A DNA stretch of 64,000 nucleotides from Neoechinorhynchus agilis (lineage: Eukaryota; Animalia; Acanthocephala). Both the position numbers and the translations under genes were made by a program. The stretch lies in assembly GCA_051530055.1 (NCBI GenBank), contig CM121341.1, positions 14,486,784 to 14,550,783 of the forward strand, in the 5' to 3' direction. Below the pieces are notes generated by a model, which saw nothing but the letters and a program-made list of their open reading frames with translations, searched no databases and was not told where the DNA came from. Positions 60,380 through 64,000 of this stretch are shown one piece after another (positions within the stretch are counted from its first letter, which is position 1; each line of letters begins with the position of its first letter).

Positions 60380-62437
60380 CCTTTTCGTCCAATTCTGCAA
60401 CTGTCGTCATGATTGTTCGGCAGCTTCCTTGATGGCCGCGGCATTGCCGCGTTAATGTGCTACATCAGGAAGCTGCTGGAGCACATGTCGCCGGTGGCAT
60501 ATTTCAGCATCTTTTAAGTCGGGAAAGGAAATAATCGGCTTCTTTTCCGAGGCATCCCAGCGCTTCCACCGCAATCGGGATGAATATATATTGATGCCCA
60601 TCGAGCGAGGAGTACTTATGCCGCTTCTTTTCCTCGCTGAAGCTGGCGACTGCTCCCGCTTTTGAGGTGGCATCCCGTAAGTGGGATGCTGCGAGCGTGT
60701 TGAGGCAAGTAAAATCCCAAACCAGTATTTTCCCAGAGCACCATGGGAGGAGAGTCGCTCCATCAGGGCGTTTACCGTCGTTCCGGGAGAGTCCGACTGG
60801 TTCGAGTCGAGCAGGAAGACCGGCCGTTGAGACGGCTTCCTTAATTATGCGGTTGACTGCTGTGTGCCGTGCGTGGCGAGCATTTGAGCGCTTGCAGTCA
60901 AGGCCGTGAATTCCCGACGTGTTCACTGTCTCACCTCACGGACATGTATATGAGCCTGAGAAATCGATGCCCAACGGAAGTCCCACAGCGACGGCGATGG
61001 CTTGGTCATTCAGCTTCGTGCCAAGAGCCGTGATCGGAAAAGCCTTCAAGAAGTCGCTGGGTGTGTAGCTGAGACTGCCGGGAGACGAGCTCTATCGGTG
61101 GGAGATGAGCATGAGTTGAGAAGCTACTGATAGGACGCAGTGTGGAGCGAGGCAGTTTAACGTTTTTGGAAGTTTGTTTCCGTTGGAACGACCTGCCCGA
61201 ACACTGATGTCCATTGAGCGTGCGCTTCAATCAGTTTAGGTGGTGGATGCGACTCTAGTCGAGTGTGTGGTGGGATGATTCCCAGCACCAGGTCTGAAGA
61301 GACCAAAATCGATGACGAAAAGGCAGGAATTTCTACTTCGGTGGCACTTTGGATGCCAAGACCGCCGAATCGAATGGGAACAATCGCATGTTTCCATGCT
61401 GTGTCGGACAGTCGTAGGTTAAGGACTTCTGACAGGGTTTATCGAACGTAGTTGTCGAAATCCCTTGTGAGCACTGACTTGAAGCATGGAGAAGTCCTCA
61501 GAAGGTAAGCGATCTTCGGTAGTGACAGACATCGTCCTAGGATGAACAGAGCGTCGTGTCGCGCGATCGATGGCTTTTGAAAGGAACGTTTCCAGGTTAA
61601 ACAGGTTACCGATTGGAGACCCGAGAATGTCAGCCCAGTCGGTTGCAGTTGTCTTTGCTCCGGGCAGTACGGTGAGCAGTCTCGATGCATCCTCTTGGTC
61701 GTTCGAAATTATTTCGCATTTGTCCGTTCTCAGGAATAGTCCGATATCGGCACCCATTTCGGAGATGTTTTTGATGTCGCGAATGAGCTGGTCGATCTCC
61801 CCTCCAATGCAATAGTCGTCGAGGTACCAGATCGATAAATCCGACGAAGAGCTGTGGGCGAGATGATTGATCGTCAATGCGAACAGCAGAGGACCTAGAG
61901 GATCACCCTGTTGAACACCCTCTGCTGATTCGACCTGGAACTCGCCAAACAGCAGCATGCTGGACTGGTCGTAGCACAAGGACACATACTGGTAGATTTC
62001 TGGTATGTGCTGGTGGACAACCTCCGTCATCTCGGTGCGGCATATTGAATTGAACGCGTTCTCCATGTCAAGCTTGACCATAGCCGTTCCCTAATTGATA
62101 CCATTTCGACTATACGCTCGTGCTGAGTGTACGACCGCCTCGGCTCCAGCAGGAACTCCGACTCCTAATTGAACCGGCAAGAGTTGATCGATCAATCGAT
62201 TGGTGGCGAACTGACATGTGACTTTGGATGCCAATCGACGGAAGGTACAACCCTTGGTGAAAGCGATCAGCTTGGTACCGCAGAGTAGACGAGCGACTGG
62301 AGGGGGTACGCGACCGCGAATGATTACGCGTGTGAGCTCGGTGATTGCGTTCAGCAATCGCGTACCTTGATCTCCAGAAGAGAGGCAGGTCAAATCCCGT
62401 AAGTGTCGAGGACTCAAACCATCATGCCCTCCAGCTG
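60380..62437 (-). mobile_element. Decayed CRE-like non-LTR retrotransposon C (RT plus RLE)
   Basis: GHDGLSPRHLRDL, QLGVGVPAGAE, KLDMENAFNS, GVQQGDPLGP, WYLDD, HGLDC...RHTAVN, RNDGKRPDG, LVWDFTCLNTLAASH. The GIRPIAV segment is deleted. Confidence 0.94.
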
Positions 62438-63212
62438 TGAAATACTATTTGATTTTTCAGCCGCATGATCAAGTTTGCCAAAATGAACACTTAGGAGAGG
62501 GCTGCTGTAATGACAAAGAAAATTCTTTATATTCGGTCTCTGGTCATCTCACTGCTTCTTCGGGGAAATTGCATGTGACGGTTACTTTTTATGCGCTTAA
62601 TCAGCAGGAACACAAAATTGTTGTATGCGTTTCTTTCGTCTTTGTGACGTAATGAATTATTACTCATTATGACGACAAAGCGTTCATTCACTCTTTTCGA
62701 TGCATTTTAATACTGGTCCTCGGTTTCAGAAACAATATCCCACTAATTGAGTGCTTTTTAAAATATATCGATTTTCAATCGATCTTATTGGATATTTCCT
62801 TAGCTACATAAAACCCCGACATTTCACATCTTATAATCCTTTTATTCGGGCTCCGACTTGAAATATTGGTAATCAATAAGTCGATTTAAATCCGGCGAGG
62901 ACGTTCTTATAGAATGCATGTTTTCCCCAGAAGATAATAATATAAGACTTAATAGATATATAGTCCTTCTGAAGGGATGAAAATAATGTTGTCAAATATG
63001 GGCACTAAAATCTCTATGTTCGTATTTCCTAAGTGTATTTTTACGATTGTTTTATCTTATCTACAATGAAATCCGTAGATAAGCAAATCTTTGTTTTTTC
63101 GATAAAATTGAGGATAGTCAATGGTTAAAGAAAAAAGTCCGAGGCCTACAAAACCATAGCCGAAATTCTAGGACCAATAAATTTCTTCAATTCACTTAAT
63201 CTCACCTTCCAG

Positions 63213-64000
63213 ATTACTAATGAAATGGTTTCCTGCAGTGAACGACGATGAACTCTCGACTGACGCCAACGATCTTGTTGGCAACGTTCATATGACACAG
63301 CGTGAGAAAATAGAAAATAAAGTGATTGTAACGATATCTGAAGCTAAAGAGTGTTTACCGGACGAACGTATATCTATTCTAACAAAATTGTTCATCAATT
63401 TTCCAACGCAATGTGACGACCAAAATCCGGGCGACCCATTGTTAAGGTTAAAGGTAGAGTGCATCTCTGATTTGTTGTCTGCGATGCTGGGAACTTGTAT
63501 CTTAACACCAACAATTCCTTTAGATGGAACCAGTGATTGCCTAGATTTACAAGCTGCGATTTCGATTAGCCTTTATAGACATTATGAACGAATTAGTCAA
63601 ATGATGGAATATATGGGCCCTAATCTATCAAGAAATCAAATATGTCAACTATCGAAATTATGCTATAATTTCGGCTGCGGTGATGTGTTGTTAAGATTAT
63701 TCAATCGTGATTTTATACCTTTGGAGCATTATTTATATACAAACATGCTTGAATACGTTTTGCCTTTCTTTGTCCACGCAAAAAGAATCGATAAATGTTT
63801 CAGCTTAAGTGAGAATTTTCTTCGTAATACTCGAAGATCAAGTCGTATAGTGAGTTTGTACAACCGGGCTTACAATCCATCAATTATTGATTTGGATGCT
63901 AAAAAACAATGCTGGCTAATTTGTCAGGAAGTTGGAAAACGTTTGAAAGTGTACAGATGCGATTTTAAAACCGTTACACTCATTTGGACTGTGAGTGAAA
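63213..64000 (+). CDS. Uncharacterised protein, long exon running off the window end
   Basis: Stop-free frame of about 260 codons after the acceptor ttccag (63211-63212), read by hand. Absent from the ORF track, presumably because no stop falls inside the window. Confidence 0.65.

Noticed and set aside
1-64000. tRNA, snRNA and rRNA genes
   Set aside because: No T-loop/cloverleaf or U1/U2/U4/U5/U6/5S signature seen by eye; divergent copies could have been missed.

Overview
AT-rich, gene-dense window from a compact eukaryotic genome, most likely a small invertebrate animal (standard code, GT-AG introns mostly 30-70 nt; taxon not determinable from this sequence). Recognisable genes: couch potato/RBPMS-type RRM, EXO5, a minus-strand run of three mitochondrial genes (NDUFAF5, SAMM50, LRPPRC-like), a kelch-repeat protein, a 7-PDZ NHERF/PDZK1-like scaffold, CPSF4, ALYREF, SEC61G and a very divergent tubulin. 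There are two large tandem arrays (about 17 x 260 bp, about 42 x 268 bp), a cluster of fold-back elements at 44.2-45.3 kb, and a TE-rich zone at 47.6-62.5 kb (three decayed CRE-like RLE retrotransposons plus L2/CR1 and RTE fragments; a fourth CRE-like fragment is in the EXO5 intron). Most interesting: (1) an operon-like mitochondrial gene cluster with only 22 nt between the SAMM50 stop and the LRPPRC ATG, and splice-acceptor-like YAG just before several start codons, suggesting SL trans-splicing; (2) an intact tubulin ORF lacking the GTP-binding signature loops; (3) a 268-bp satellite with dispersed relatives, one abutting a retrotransposon and carrying a hammerhead-like core. All calls come from manual motif recognition and hand alignment, with no database searches; splice sites and many boundaries are approximate.
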